A stretch of 64,000 nucleotides of DNA from Malacoraja senta. Its lineage: Eukaryota. Each line of letters begins with the position of its first letter. Positions within the stretch are counted from its first letter, which is position 1. Of the stretch, positions 1 through 12,375 are shown one piece after another. The stretch is from assembly GCA_038087875.1 (NCBI GenBank), contig CM075989.1, forward strand, positions 4,650,001 to 4,714,000, given 5' to 3'. The position numbers were made by a program, and so were the translations under genes. The notes under the pieces are model-generated. The model was not told the origin of the DNA. It searched no databases and was given only the letters and a program-made list of their open reading frames with translations.

Positions 1-165
1 TGTATTGCAGCAACTCTACCACTGCACCACCGTGCTGGTGTGTCATCGTGTGTTTAGTCCCGGGTACATTGTGGTCCAAATACTCCACGGTCTCCAGATA
101 CCCTGCAGTCCATATACCCCACCCCCAGCTACCCCAGCCCCCGCGATCCACGTCCCCACCCCTAC

Positions 166-332
166 CATGTTGATCTTCCCTTTCTTCTCCAAGAGGCTGG
201 AGATGGCGATGGTGGTGAGGACGCTGGCGGCCAGCGAGGCATAGGTGTTGATGGCGCCCCGGTGTTGTCCGTCCCCGTGATGGGAGATGGCGGAATTGAA
301 GCTGGGCCAGAACATCCAGAGGAAAAGGGTGC
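166..332 (-). CDS. RHCG: RHCG coding exon 5 (gene continues left of window)
   Basis: ccgcAG acceptor, GTAGGG donor. [56 protein letters not shown]. 167 bp. Exons 1-5 total 837 nt, in frame. Confidence 0.95.
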
Positions 333-1117
333 CTGCGGAGGAGAACAAAGAGCCCTGTTCTTTCTTTTTTCATTCTTTTTTGTACAATTGCTTCCAAGAA
401 AATTATAATTAAAAAAATAAAAAATAAAATAACAAAGAGCCCTGACGCAACTGGATCCTCACCGCCGCAGTCACAGGAAACAGCAGATGCTGGAATCTGG
501 AGCAAAAAAACCAAACTGCTGGAGGAGCTCAGTGGAAACCCACGCGGTCACAGGGAGAACGTGCTAACTCCGCACAGACAGCATCTGAGATCTGGATCGA
601 ATCCGGGTCTCGGGCGATGTGAGGCAGTGGCTCTACCAGCTGCACCACTGTGCCGCCCTTTCTCTGAATCTCGTCCATTCATGAGAGACTGTGATACAGT
701 GAAAAACAAAGAGTGAATTGGCCAGCAGTGGGTACAATCCACATGCCATCCCAATTCAGATCAGGGAGGCAGACCTTTCCTGGTCATAAGATAGACACAA
801 AATGCTGGAGTAACTCAGCGGGTCAGGCAGCAAAGGAATAGGTGACGTTTCGGGTCGAGACCCTTCTTCAGATGTTTAGAGGGATGTGGGCCAAACGCAG
901 GAGATGGGATCGGTATAAATGGGGCATCTTGGTCAGCATGGGCAAGTCGGGCCGAAGGGCCTGTTTCCATGCTGTATGACTACGGCTCTGTGAGCTATCC
1001 CAGCATCTGCAGCCTCCTGCGTCTCCACTCCATTCACCGCATTGGTTGGTGGGGACGGATGGGAAGGGGCAGTTCTTTCCCCTGAAATTCTCAGCGACTA
1101 AACGAAGAAACCCTCAC

Positions 1118-1259
1118 CAATCATGGAGAAGATGTCTGAATGGTAGACTGATTCATTCTTCCGTTGATCCAACTGAGGCCTGTACAGAACACGAGTGACT
1201 GCCAGTCCAAAATAGCCACCAAACATGTGGATAACCATCGAGCCCCCCGCGTCCCGGGC
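1118..1259 (-). CDS. RHCG: RHCG coding exon 4
   Basis: ttccaAG acceptor, GTGAG donor. [48 protein letters not shown] contains DAGGS and the first pore His. 142 bp. Not in the ORF track; read manually. Confidence 0.93.
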
Positions 1260-1574
1260 CTTGGAAACAGAAAACGCTCATTAAATAACATATATTCACA
1301 CGTGAAGAACCCATTCCATCCATCATTCGGTCATAACCACCCCCTCCTCACCACCTCCTCTCCTCCCCTCGCCCTCATTCTCCACACTCCTTTTCTTCCC
1401 CTCCCCCTCCTCCCCTCCCCTGCCTCCTCCCTCCCCACTCACCTCCCCTCCCCCTTACCTCAATTTCCCCTCTCCTCCTCTCCTCCCTTCCCTCTCTCCA
1501 GCCTACCTGAGAGTTGGGACAAATGGCCTGTTTCCTGTTTTATGATTCTATCTACTGTATCCACCACCACCTGT

Positions 1575-2035
1575 GACAATAGACAATAGACAATAGGTGC
1601 AGGAGTAGGCCATTCGGCCCTTTGAGCCAGCACCGCCATTCAATGTGATCATGGCTGATCATCCCCAATCAGTACCCCGTTCCTGCCTTCTCCCCATATC
1701 CCCTGATTCCGCTATCTTTAAGAGCCCTATCTAGCTCTCTCTTGAAAGTATCCAGAGAACCTGCCTTCACCGCCCTCTGAGGCAGAGAATTCCACAGACT
1801 CACAACTCTCTGTGAGAAAAAGTGTTTCCTTGTCTCAGTTCTAAATGGCTTACTCCTTATTCTTAAACTGTGGCCCCTGGTTCTGGACTCCCCCAACATC
1901 GGGAACATGTTTCCTGCCTCTAGCGTGTCCAAACCCTTAACAATCTTATACGTTTCAATAAGATCCCCTCTCATCCTTCTAAACTCCAGAGTATGCATGC
2001 CCAGTCGCTCCATTCTCTCAGCATATGACAGTGCC
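1575..2035 (-). mobile_element. CR1-clade LINE 3' fragment
   Basis: LSYAERMERLG...RRMRGDLIETYKI...RTRGHSL...FFSQRVVSLWNSLP is the CR1 ORF2 C-terminus. (TATTGTC)n tail. Confidence 0.9.
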
Positions 2036-2344
2036 TGCAAAGCACTGTGACAGGCACACACTGCACTATTTTTGTGTTAGATTTTCCTCTACTCACCCTA
2101 CGCCTATGGTCTTTAGCATTGATAATTCCACCTTGGGGGAAAAAGACTAATTGACCACCCTTTCCAAGCCTCTCTGAATTTTGTGTTGGGTCAATAAACT
2201 TAGATGGGCTTGTGTCGAGCAGATGAACTAAGTCCATCAGAATGGTTTAGGATTGTCGGTTGTCATCAATGTTAGCGGTTCCTACTACTCATGTCACATG
2301 ATCAGGATCTCTCTAAGTTATGTAGGTGCACTGTAAGATTAGGT

Positions 2345-2650
2345 TTAGTTTAGTTTAGAGATACAGCGCAGAAATAGGTCCCTCGGCCCACCGAGTCCGC
2401 GCCAACCAGCGAGCCCCGAACACTAACACCATCTTACACACTCTATGGACAAATTTTATAATTTTAACCAAAGCCAATTAGCCTCCAAAGCTGTACATCT
2501 TTGGAGTGTGGGAGAAAACCGAGCCTCCCGGAGAAAACCCACACGGTCACGGGGAGAACGTACAAACTCCGTACGGACAGCACCCGTAGTCAGGATCGAA
2601 CCGGGCTCTCTGGCGCTGTGAAGCAGCAACTCTACTGCTGCGCCACCGTT
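2345..2650 (-). mobile_element. tRNA-derived SINE (HE1/V-SINE-like); related copies at about 1-40, 535-657, 4500-4800, 5090-5265 and 37490-37785
   Basis: Minus strand shows A box TGGCGCAGCAGTAG, B box GGTTCGATCC, a V-domain-like GGAGTTTGTACGTTCTCCCCGTG core and a (CTAAA)n tail. Confidence 0.8.
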
Positions 2651-2723
2651 GGTGCCGCCCTAAAGAAGAGAGGCTGGCGAGACAAACAGAAGAGGGGGGG
2701 GGGGGGGGATGTTGGTAACTCAC

Positions 2724-2874
2724 CCCGAGAAGGTTCAGTATGATGTACTCGTTCACTGCGTATAAGGTCACCTCAAACAACGACATGACCATCAGCTGCA
2801 TGGGGCTGACCTTCCCAAGGACGGCTCCAAAGGCGATGAGCACCGAAGCAGCACAGAAGTCAGCATTAATCAGA
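2724..2874 (-). CDS. RHCG: RHCG coding exon 3
   Basis: tcccAG acceptor, GTGAGT donor. [50 protein letters not shown]. 151 bp. Confidence 0.95.
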
Positions 2875-3055
2875 CTGGGAAAGAGGGATCAGAACAACGC
2901 GTTAATGGGAGTCAAACATCAACCGCCAGAAGAACAAGATGGTGCCCAACCCAGGCGACTATTGGCGTGCTAGCCACAGAAGCAGATCTACCATCAACTA
3001 TTACAATCACTCTTTAATATCTACTCCTACTGCAACATTTCTTAATTTAACTATG

Positions 3056-4084
3056 TAAGTATGTTACAATACTTGCCTTCAGCGGCGCTGTAATTCTGTC
3101 ACTGGCCGTGTGCGCGATTTTGGCGCCTTTAATGGGGGGGCGGGGTTAAAACGCGGGTTTCTCCTCCCTTGTCCTGCATTATATTTTGTTGGAGTACAAG
3201 CTTTTGCGGAAGAATCGTTCCGAGGGGCGTTTTGAGTATTTTGTTTAAAAAATCTCCCGACAAGTTCAGCATTGGAATCATTTTAAAATCATCTTCTGAA
3301 CCCGTCAACGCCAACAACGGGGACGGATTTCACACACGGGAAAGGTAAACGAAAGTGCTTTATTTTTATGTATAAACGTTCTCCTTAAGAGGCCTTTAAT
3401 TCACATTTTTACATGCGACACGGTGATTTTCCCCCCCGAACTAACGGCAATAATTTTCATGCCAATACGGGGTTAAATTCACCGCAAATGAACGTTGCAA
3501 ATGATCGCGTTCCAGAAATCCTCACTCGCAAGATGATATAAATTCCCATTAATTTACAGGTATTAAACATTCAATTTCTTCCATTTGGCCTGTAAATCCA
3601 TGACAATGAGATAAAAAAATTATGTTATATTGTGAATTCTTGTGTGAATGTTATTTGGACACTTAGGTTATTTAAAAATGTTAATCTATTCTTAAGAAAT
3701 TTATAGATGTTTAGATCTAGTAATTGAATTTTGTAATTAGCTACAATTAGGTAACTAACTAATTATATGCTTTAATTTCATGTCATCTAAGTAAGATTGT
3801 TTCATATTTGTTTCAAGATGCTTCAATCTATAATAACTGAAAATTTCTTTCAGTTCTCTTAATTTTTAAGAAAGTTATGGGCTTTTGACTGTCCTCGATC
3901 ACAGCTTTTGTGTTAAGTCAATGGAAAAGCAATAGGGAACAAGATGCTAATTTATGAGTATGAAAATGGCCATAACTGTTTTAATACTGAATTAGGTGTC
4001 AAATTAAACTTCTTTTTATGCTTTATCTGATGGGATAAATTACAGACTTGATTTTTTAAATCTCAAAATTTTGTAACATTGCTA
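3056..4084. mobile_element. Non-autonomous TIR DNA transposon
   Basis: Imperfect TIRs TAAGTATGTTACAA...TTGTAACATTGCTA, flanked by AACTATG direct repeats (3049-3055 and 4085-4091). A second partial copy is inverted at 55367-56010. Confidence 0.7.
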
Positions 4085-4092
4085 AACTATGA

Positions 4093-4342
4093 TACCAGAA
4101 CCAGGGGCCACAGTTTAAGAATAAGGAGTAAGCCATTTAGAATGGAGACGAGGAAACACTTTTTCTCACAGAGAGTGGTGAGTCTGTGGAATTCTCTGCC
4201 TCAGAGGGCGGTGGAGGCAGGTTCTCTGGATGCTTTCAAGAGAGAGTTAGATAGGGCTGTTAAAAATAGTGGTATGGGGATATGGGGAGAAGGCAGGAAC
4301 GGGGTACTGATTGGGGATGATCAGCCATGATCACATTGAATC
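4093..4342 (+). mobile_element. CR1 LINE 3' fragment
   Basis: RTRGHSLRIRSKPFR...FFSQRVVSLWNSLP and the CR1 3' UTR. Confidence 0.85.
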
Positions 4343-5465
4343 ACTGTACTTCGGTAAACTAAACTGAACTGAACTGAATCTTGGAACGATACTGACAGAG
4401 GAATCTATTGATCAATGTGACTATTGATCCTGTACGACATCCTTGGTTTGCAGATTACAGAACTGATTGTGAACATTTTTTAATATGAGACTTGATACTT
4501 TAGAGATACAGCGCGGAAACAGGCCCTTCGACCCATCGAGTCCGTGCCAACCAGCGATCACCCCATACACTTGCACTATCCTACACAATAGGGACAATTT
4601 ACAATTTTACTAAAACCAATTAACCTGCAAACCGATACATCTTTGGAGTGTAGGAGGAAACAAGAGCACCCAGAGAAAACCCACGCAGGTCACAGGGAGA
4701 ACGTGCAACTCCAAAGAGACAGCACCGGTAGTCTGGATGGAACCTGGGTCACTGGCGCTGTCAGGCAGCAACTCTACCGCTGCACTACTGTGCTGCCACT
4801 AAGGTTCATTATTGCGTTATTTCAAGAACAATAACTAACTTTCATTTTCATACTTCTCTTTCACACTCAATCTCCCTTGAAACACCAACTCTTTCCCAGA
4901 TCTTGCCTAGCTTCTGAATATTTCTATAACTATCCATTTTTGTTTGAGATTTCCAACACCTGCCAAATGTTTTTGGTTTTAATCCAGGTTGGTTCGCGAC
5001 TGAGATCAGCTGCTTGAACGCCCAGGTATGAAGTAGATTGTGCAACTGCAGATGCTGGTTTACACAGAAGATAGACACAAAATGCCAGAGTAACCCACAC
5101 TCCAAAGACGTACAGGTATGTAGGTAAATTGGCTTGGTAAATGTGAAAATGGTACGTTGTGTGTGTAGGATAGTGTTAATGTGAGGAATTGCTGGTTGGC
5201 GCAGACCCGGTGGGCTGAAGGGCCTGTTTCCACGCAGTATCTCAAACTAAACTAAACTAAACTAAACTCAGCGGGTCAGGCAGCAACTCTGGAGAAAATG
5301 AGTAGGTGACGTTTTGGGTGGTAACCCTTCTTCAGATATTTTTTACCAAATATAATTTAAATCAATTATTTACAAAAATGCTATTTACAATACAAAACAA
5401 TACAAACAAACCCATCCCCACAATACAAGCAAAACAAATATTCTCAAATTACTATTTCCCCATTC

Positions 5466-5695
5466 AGATTATCTTTGGAGATTGTGGCAGCCATTGTCCG
5501 GTCCATCACAGGTACAGACCTCCCCACCATCGAAGGGGTGAATGGGAACAACTGCCTCCAAAAGGTAGACAATATCATCAAAGACCTACACCACACTGGC
5601 CACACTCTAATTTTGCTGCTACCATCGGGAAGAAGGTACAGCAGCCTTGAAAGCCATGACCACCATGTTCAAAAACAGCTTCTTCCCAACAACCT
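5466..5695 (+). mobile_element. Rex1/Babar LINE 3' fragment
   Basis: SITGTDLPTIEG...[20 protein letters not shown], the same family as 58071-60749. Confidence 0.75.
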
Positions 5696-5963
5696 TGATT
5701 AGATTCTTGATTAGTACGGGTGTCAGTGGTTATGGGGAGAAGGCAGGAGAATGGGGTTAGGAGGGAGAGATAGATCAGCCATGATTGAATGGTGGAGTAG
5801 ACTTGATGAGCTGAATGGCCTAATTCTGCTCCTATCGCTTATGACCTTATGACCTTATGATGTCTTTTAACTCCAGAAGGGACCCGAGGGGCAACATTTT
5901 CCACACAGAGGGTGATGGGTACATGGAACAAACTGCCAGAGGAAGTGGTTGAGTTGGGTACTA

Positions 5964-6311
5964 GTAGTATGCCCCCTTCGGTCATGACTGACCATGGGTG
6001 ATGCATCCTGGTCGGATGCAAGCCTGGGCGATGTCATATGGAGGACAGGCTGTTGCCCATGCAGCACGTCCCCCCTCTCCACGTAGCTGATCGATCCAAA
6101 GGAACAGCAGGGCCGTTACAGTTTGGCACCAGCGCCGTTGCAGGAGCTGCCAGAGCAAGGTTGTAGACAACGGCGAACTGCCTTAGGGGCTCCGACTCCG
6201 GATTTTCTTGAGGTTTACTCCTGGTGCCTTTTCCATGACTGGATATGACCACAAGGCAGAGGTTTTTCCCTCTCCTGGGTGGACTGCCTTCCCAGACTGA
6301 TGAGCCCCATC
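5964..6311 (-). mobile_element. Short non-autonomous RTE-type retroelement inserted in a CR1 fragment
   Basis: 9-bp TSD TGGGTACTA (5955-5963 and 6312-6320). RTE-like 5' head (GGGAAGGCAGTCCACCCAGGAGAGGGAAAAA), 3' stem GGTCAGTCATGACC and (TAC)n tail. Confidence 0.65.
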
Positions 6312-6599
6312 TGGGTACTATAACAACGTTTAAAAGACCTTTAGACAGGTGCATGGATAGAAAGGGTTTAGAGGGATATGGGCCAAATGGGACTAGCTCA
6401 GATGAACATCTTGGTTGTAATGGATGTGTTGGATTAAAGGGCCTGTTCCTGTGCCACATAACTCTATGATACAGCTCACTGCCAGACACCTCGTGTTTCG
6501 GTAGACAGAACGTATGTGGCACGACTCTGCTCCTATCACTTGTGAACGTGTGAACTTTTGTTTCAGATATCCGGCATCCGCAGGTTGTTTGTGGCTTAC

Positions 6600-6792
6600 C
6601 TTTCCACACCGATTTTGATTTTGCCATCGCTGAAATCTAGGGATTGAAACCACCCTTGCATCAACAGAGCCCACTGGATACTGAAGGATGCAATGAGGAA
6701 GTTGAAGCCGACACTTCCAAATCCGTATCTCTTCAGGAAAGTCATCAGGAAGCCAAATCCCACAAAGATCATCACGTGGACATCCTGGAAGC
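6600..6792 (-). CDS. RHCG: RHCG coding exon 2
   Basis: ttcccAG acceptor, GTAAGC donor. Translates [64 protein letters not shown], the Rh signature. 193 bp, phase-compatible with exons 1 and 3. Confidence 0.95.
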
Positions 6793-7271
6793 CTGGGAAA
6801 GGAAATCACCTGGATTTCAATTTGTGAATCAGTGAAGATGCTACTCAAAGAGCAGCCTTGTTATCCACGCCTGCCCATAGCTTTACATCAGGGAAGAAAA
6901 ACTCGAGATATTCACAAATCTCTGTGATCGACGAGGAACTTTAGAAGTGACGCAAAAGAAGACACAAAGCGCTAGAATACCTCAGCAGGTCAGGCAACAT
7001 CTTTAGCTGGAGGGTGGTGAATCTGAGGCCTTCTGTCAGAGGGTGGTGAATCTGTGGAATTCAATGCCACACACGGCTGTGGTGGGCGTCATTGGGTTCT
7101 TTTGTGGAGATTGACAGATTCTTGTGGAGGAAGGAACTGCAGATGCAGATTTACACTGAAGATGGACACAAAATGCTGGAGTAACTCAGCGGGTCAGGAT
7201 CATCTCTGGGGAAAAGTAATAGGTGATGTTTCGGATCGAGACACTTCTGCAGACAGATTCTTGATTAGTAA

Positions 7272-7549
7272 TGGGCCTGTCCCACTTACGCGACTTTTAC
7301 GGCGACTGTCGCCACCCGTCGTAGGTCGTTGCAGGTCGCCGAACATTTTCAACATTTTGAAAATCCAGCGGTGACCAGAAAGATGCTATGATTCTTTGGG
7401 CGACTGAGGTGACTACTCACAACCATACAGAGTCGTACCTTGTTCTGGTCGCCACTGGATTGTCAACGTTGAACATTTTCAGCGACCTGCAACGACCTAT
7501 GACGGGTGCCGGCAGTCGCCGAAAAAGTCGCGTAAGTGGGACAGGCCCA
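7272..7549. mobile_element. PIF/Harbinger-type MITE
   Basis: Long TIRs starting TGGGCCTGTCCCACTTACGCGACTTTT with about 75 bp of inverted similarity. TAA TSD (7269-7271 and 7550-7552). Interrupts a CR1 tail. Confidence 0.88.
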
Positions 7550-8369
7550 TAAGGGTATCAAGGATTATGGGGAGAAGGCTGGAGAATAGGGTAGAGAGGG
7601 AAAGATAGATCAGCCATGATTGAATGGCGGTGTAGACTTGAAGGGGCAAATGGCCTAATTCTTCCCCTATCACATATGACCTTATGACTTCTTTAACACT
7701 CTAGAAGGGACCCGAAGGGCAACGTTTTCTACACAGAGGGTACTACACAGAACTGCTAGAGGAAATGGCTTAATTCTGCACCTGTGACTGATGAACTTAT
7801 GAACATAAATTTATAAGCATCTCCAAATAATATGACATTTTGGATCGGGACCTTTCAGAGTCTGAAGTATATATTTATAATCAGCATCTGTAGTCCCTTG
7901 TCTCTATACTTTAGAAGTGGCCAATTTACACATGGTAAATTGCAAATACAACAATGTATTGATCATTTTGGAACCGAGATAAAAATCGACCTGAACACCC
8001 ATTATTATCTAATTAGCACTGTTAGATTCTGCACGTGATCACATTGAATGGTGGTGCTGGCTCAAAGGGCCGAATGGCCTACTCCTGCACCTATTGTCTA
8101 TTGTCTATTGCTTGAAAGAAAATAATTTCACTGTGCGTTTAAACTTCGCACGTGTGACAATAAAAGCAACATTGAACCATATCTACTTGTGCTGCCACTT
8201 TCAAGGAGCTATAAACTTGAACATCTGAGAATAACCTGGAGTCTCATAGCTTCATCTTTGAGAGTCGAGCGCTATTTACACGTGATTTTCTCCCCGATGA
8301 TTAAATGTGATAAAATGTACGATGAGATTGTGTGTGCAAGGCCACATTGTACAGAAAGGACAGGGTCTT

Positions 8370-8572
8370 TCTGTGTAGGAAGGAACTGCAGATGTTGGTT
8401 TAGAACAAAGATAGACACCAAATGCTGGTGTAACTCAGTGGATCAGGCAGCGTCTCTGGAGAGAAGGAATGGGTGACGAGTCTGAAGAAGGGTCTCAACC
8501 CGAAACGTCACCCATTCCTTCTCTCCGGAGATGCTGCCTGTCCCGCTGAGTTACTCCAGCATTTTGTGTTTT
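8370..8572. repeat. Penelope-derived inverted dimer with hammerhead motif
   Basis: Inverted arms around CTGAAGAAGGGTCTCAACCCGAAACGTC (8482-8509). Confidence 0.75.
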
Positions 8573-9519
8573 CAGACAGGGACTGGCACAGCGTAGATGG
8601 CACAGTTGTATGATGGGAGGTCACACCTCCTGGTGAGCAGCGTGCTGGGAGTGTTCCCACCAAGGGGGCCAGGCCTTGCAGTAGGCCCGTTAGGCCCTGT
8701 AGACCTGTCTCGCCCACCGCAGACGTCAACAGGACCCGCGCTGTGAAAGTGTGGAGGAATCAGCCGAGCAGCTGCCGAGAGCGATGGTGGGCCATCGGAA
8801 AGCCCTCCAAGTGGGACCCTCGGAAAGCAAGGGGAGCCCATCAGAGAGTGAGGAGGTCCTTCGGAAAGCAAGGAAACCATCAGAGAGCAATGGGGGCCTT
8901 CGGAGAACGAGGTGGGATACAGCAGGGGCGGGCGGCTGCCACGTGCGGTGGCACGCAGTAGGTCGGACTGTTCGGTAAACAGTTGTATCTTTGTCGGCAC
9001 CAAAACGTGGCTACACTTGAGTGCTACCTCGGTGAGGCCTGCTACATGAGTTTACCGAGTTGTGTCCAAAACACAGCATTTCACTGTACCTACTGTACAG
9101 TGTTAGGTACATGCGGCAATAAAGTATCTTTGAATCATTGCTCCTCCACTGATCCGCCTGACCTGATATGTACTTCCATCACTTTGTTTTCAATTCACTA
9201 CCACAAACGCAGCCTGAAGACAGAAAGAATATTGGTTGTCAGATTTCTTTGCTGCTGTGCATGGCCTGGGGTTGTTTCTCGATACTGTTGGTTCACTTCC
9301 TCTTCTCCTTGTCAAGTTTGTGTAATGTTTCACGGTTTCTTTCATATCTCCTCTACTGTAATTATCTGTTTATGTTTCTTGCTCTCTCTCTCTGTGTCCT
9401 CGATCATTCCACTGGATCTGTCCATCATATTTCCTCCCTCACTCCCTATTGTGTGTTCCCTGTCAGCAATTGTTTTCCTTTATTACATTCTTTATACCTC
9501 TCCTTTCTGTCTATCACAC

Positions 9520-10962
9520 GCTACATTCCTCCGTCCGCCAACCCGCTGCGCGCGTGTGATGTCATCCACACAGCCACTGCGAGACTCCAGGCACAACACC
9601 CGAGTGCTTTCATCGCTATCTCAGGGCATTTCAACCCCGTGAATTTGGATGCTACCCTTCCCACTTTCACTCAGTTAGTTGACTGTCCCGTCAGGGATAT
9701 GAAAACAATGGGCCTGCTGTATGCCAATGTTAAAGAGACGAACAGCTCCATCGCCCTTCCGCCACTGGGAAGATCCATCCACAACCTGGTTCACCTCCTA
9801 CCCAGGTATAAGCCAATGGTCCAGAGCCAATAAGCCAATGGAGCATCACAGCGGTCCTGTGACCACAAGGTCAGTGCGGAGATGGTCACAGGACCGCTGT
9901 GATGCTCTTCGGGACTGTTTTGAGGCCACAGACTGGGACACACTCTGCAGTCCCCATGGAGAGGAGATTGATGGACTCACTTTGTACAGGGTTACCAGCT
10001 ACGTAAAGTTCTGTGTGGATAAAGTTCTGTGTTGTCCCTCAGGAGATTGTACACTGTTTCCCCAACAACACGCCCCTGGGCCACCAGTGACATAAAGGCC
10101 CTTCTCAACCAGAAGAAGAGGCCCTTCAGGCATAGCGATGGAGGAGGTGAAACCGGTGCAGGAAGAGCTGAAGGCGAGACTGAGACAGGGCAAGGTCGAC
10201 TGCAGGAGGAAGCTGGAGCTGAAACTTCAGCAGAACAACATGAGGGATGTGTGGAGCGGGATGCAGAGCATTACAGGCTACAAGAAGACCAGTGGCCTGG
10301 GGAGGGAAAGCAATCAGGACTGGGCCAATGAGCTAATCTGTTGTTTTTTAAATAGATTTGATGGTGAGGAATCTGCCCATCCTCCTCCCTGCTCCCCGAC
10401 ACTCTCCCCCTCAGTCCACTTCCTCTGGCCTTTCTTTATCGAGCCTGACCATCAAAGCTGAGCAGGTGAGGAGGGAGCTGAGCAGACTCTGCCCAGGTGA
10501 AGCCACGGATCCCGATGCTGTCAGCCCAAGATTACTCAAGGCGTGTGGCAGCCAGATCCTCCAATGCCTACAGACCGTTGGCGCTGACTTCAAACATCAC
10601 GAAGTCCCTGGAGAGGCTGGTGCTCACTCACCTGCGACCCCTTGGTTAGACCCCATCAGTCTGAAGAAGGGTTTCGGCACAAAGCGTCGCCTATTTCCTT
10701 CGCTCCATATATGCTGCCGCACCCGTTGAGTTTCTCCAGCACTTTTGTCTACCCCTGGTTAAACGCTACCTGGACCCCCTGCAGTTTGCTTCCCAAACTA
10801 AGATGGGGGTTGAGGACACCATCATCCACCTGCTCCATCGTTCCTCTGCTCACCTGGATAAGCCGGGAAACACTGTGAGAGTCATGTTTTTTTACTTCTC
10901 CTGTGCTTTTAACACCATCTGGCCTGCACAGCTAGGGAGAAAACTGACAAAGATGCGGGTGG
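9520..10962 (+). mobile_element. Degenerate Rex1/Babar LINE ORF fragment (APE to RT)
   Basis: Frameshifted YIPPSAN, ISGHFN, LGRSIHNLVHLLP, DCFEATDW and VRVMFFYFSCAFNTI. Carries a Penelope-HHR insert at about 10655-10752. Confidence 0.8.
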
Positions 10963-12375
10963 CCTCTGTGACAGGTCCTGATTGTAAAGAAGAGTCAATT
11001 AAATTGCTGCATCACATGGCAGAAAGTATCCCTGGGAAAATTACAGTTCTGCCAGCCTAGAGTACAGTGTCTGGGATTCCAGCTGCAGGAAGGCAGAAGG
11101 AGACTTGGAAAAGATAGAATAGAGGCAGTTGAGAATGTCCCGGTCCCGAAGACAAAGAAGGACATTCTCTCCAACTTAGGCATGGTGGGTTACTGCAGAC
11201 AATGGATCCATGACTACAGGGAACTAGATGCAGCATTGCGTTCAGCCACCCTGCAGACGGAGCCCTCCAGAGTAGAATGGGCTGCAGAAAGGGACCAGGC
11301 ATTTAGAAATCGAAAGAACGCTAGGATCACTGCTCCAGCGCTGGGATTGCCAAACTATAAAAATCCCTTTCAACTTTATGTAAATGAATTAAAGGGGTTT
11401 GCGACTGGGGTCCTGGTTCAAGAACATGGAGGGGGGAAAATGACCAGTAGCCTATTATTCTGTGTCTTTACCAGCTGTAATAAATGGCATGCCCGCCTGC
11501 TTGCCAGCTGTATCGGCAACGACTACCATGATAGGAAAATCAATCCCCATTGTTCTTGATCGCCCGTGTGTAGAGACTGTTCCTCATGCCGTGATGTTAT
11601 TATTGAACTCAGCAGCTACACAACATTTCACAGCCGCTAGAAGAACAAGATATGAAGTTAAGGTCCCACATACCAGAGCAGTTGATAAAGTCCATCATAG
11701 GAGATTAGTGGGCAAAATTAGGGCACATGGTATTGGGGGTAGAGTGCTGACATGGATAGAAAATTGGTTGGCAGACAGGAAACAAAGAGTAGGGATTAAC
11801 GGGTCCCTTTCAGAATGGCAGGCAGTGACTAGTGGGGTACCGCAAGGCTGGGTGCAATATACATCAATGATTTAGATGAATGGATTCAAAGTAGCATTAG
11901 CAAATTTGCAGATGACACAAAGCTGGGTGGCAGTGTGAACTGTGAGGAGGATGCTATGAGAATGCAGGGTGACTTGGGCAGGTTGGGTGAGTGGGCAGAT
12001 GCATGGCGGGTGCAGTTTAATGTGGATAAATGTGAGGTTATCCACTTTGGTAGCAAAAACAGGAAGGCAGATTACTATCTAAATGGTGTCAAGTTGGGAA
12101 AAGGAGGAGCACAACGGGATCTGGGGGTCCTTGTACACCAGTCTATGAAAGTAAGCATGCAGGTACAGCAGGCAGTGAAGAAAGCGAATGGCGTGTTGGC
12201 CTTCATAACCAGGGGAGTTGAGTATAGTCCGCAAAGAGGTCCTTCTGCAGTTGTACAGGAACCTAGTGAGACCACACATGGAGTACTGTGTGCAGTTTTG
12301 GTCTCCAAATTTGAGAAAGGACATTCTTGCTATTGAGGGAGTGAGGTTTACAAGGTTAATTCCCGGGATGGCGGG

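Noticed and set aside
2560..2650. tRNA gene
   Set aside because: The A and B boxes belong to a SINE head followed by a SINE core and tail; several decayed copies are present.
8983..9833. 219-221-aa hydrophobic ORFs
   Set aside because: They run from pyrimidine-rich intronic sequence into a decayed LINE, antisense to RHCG, with no coherent domain.
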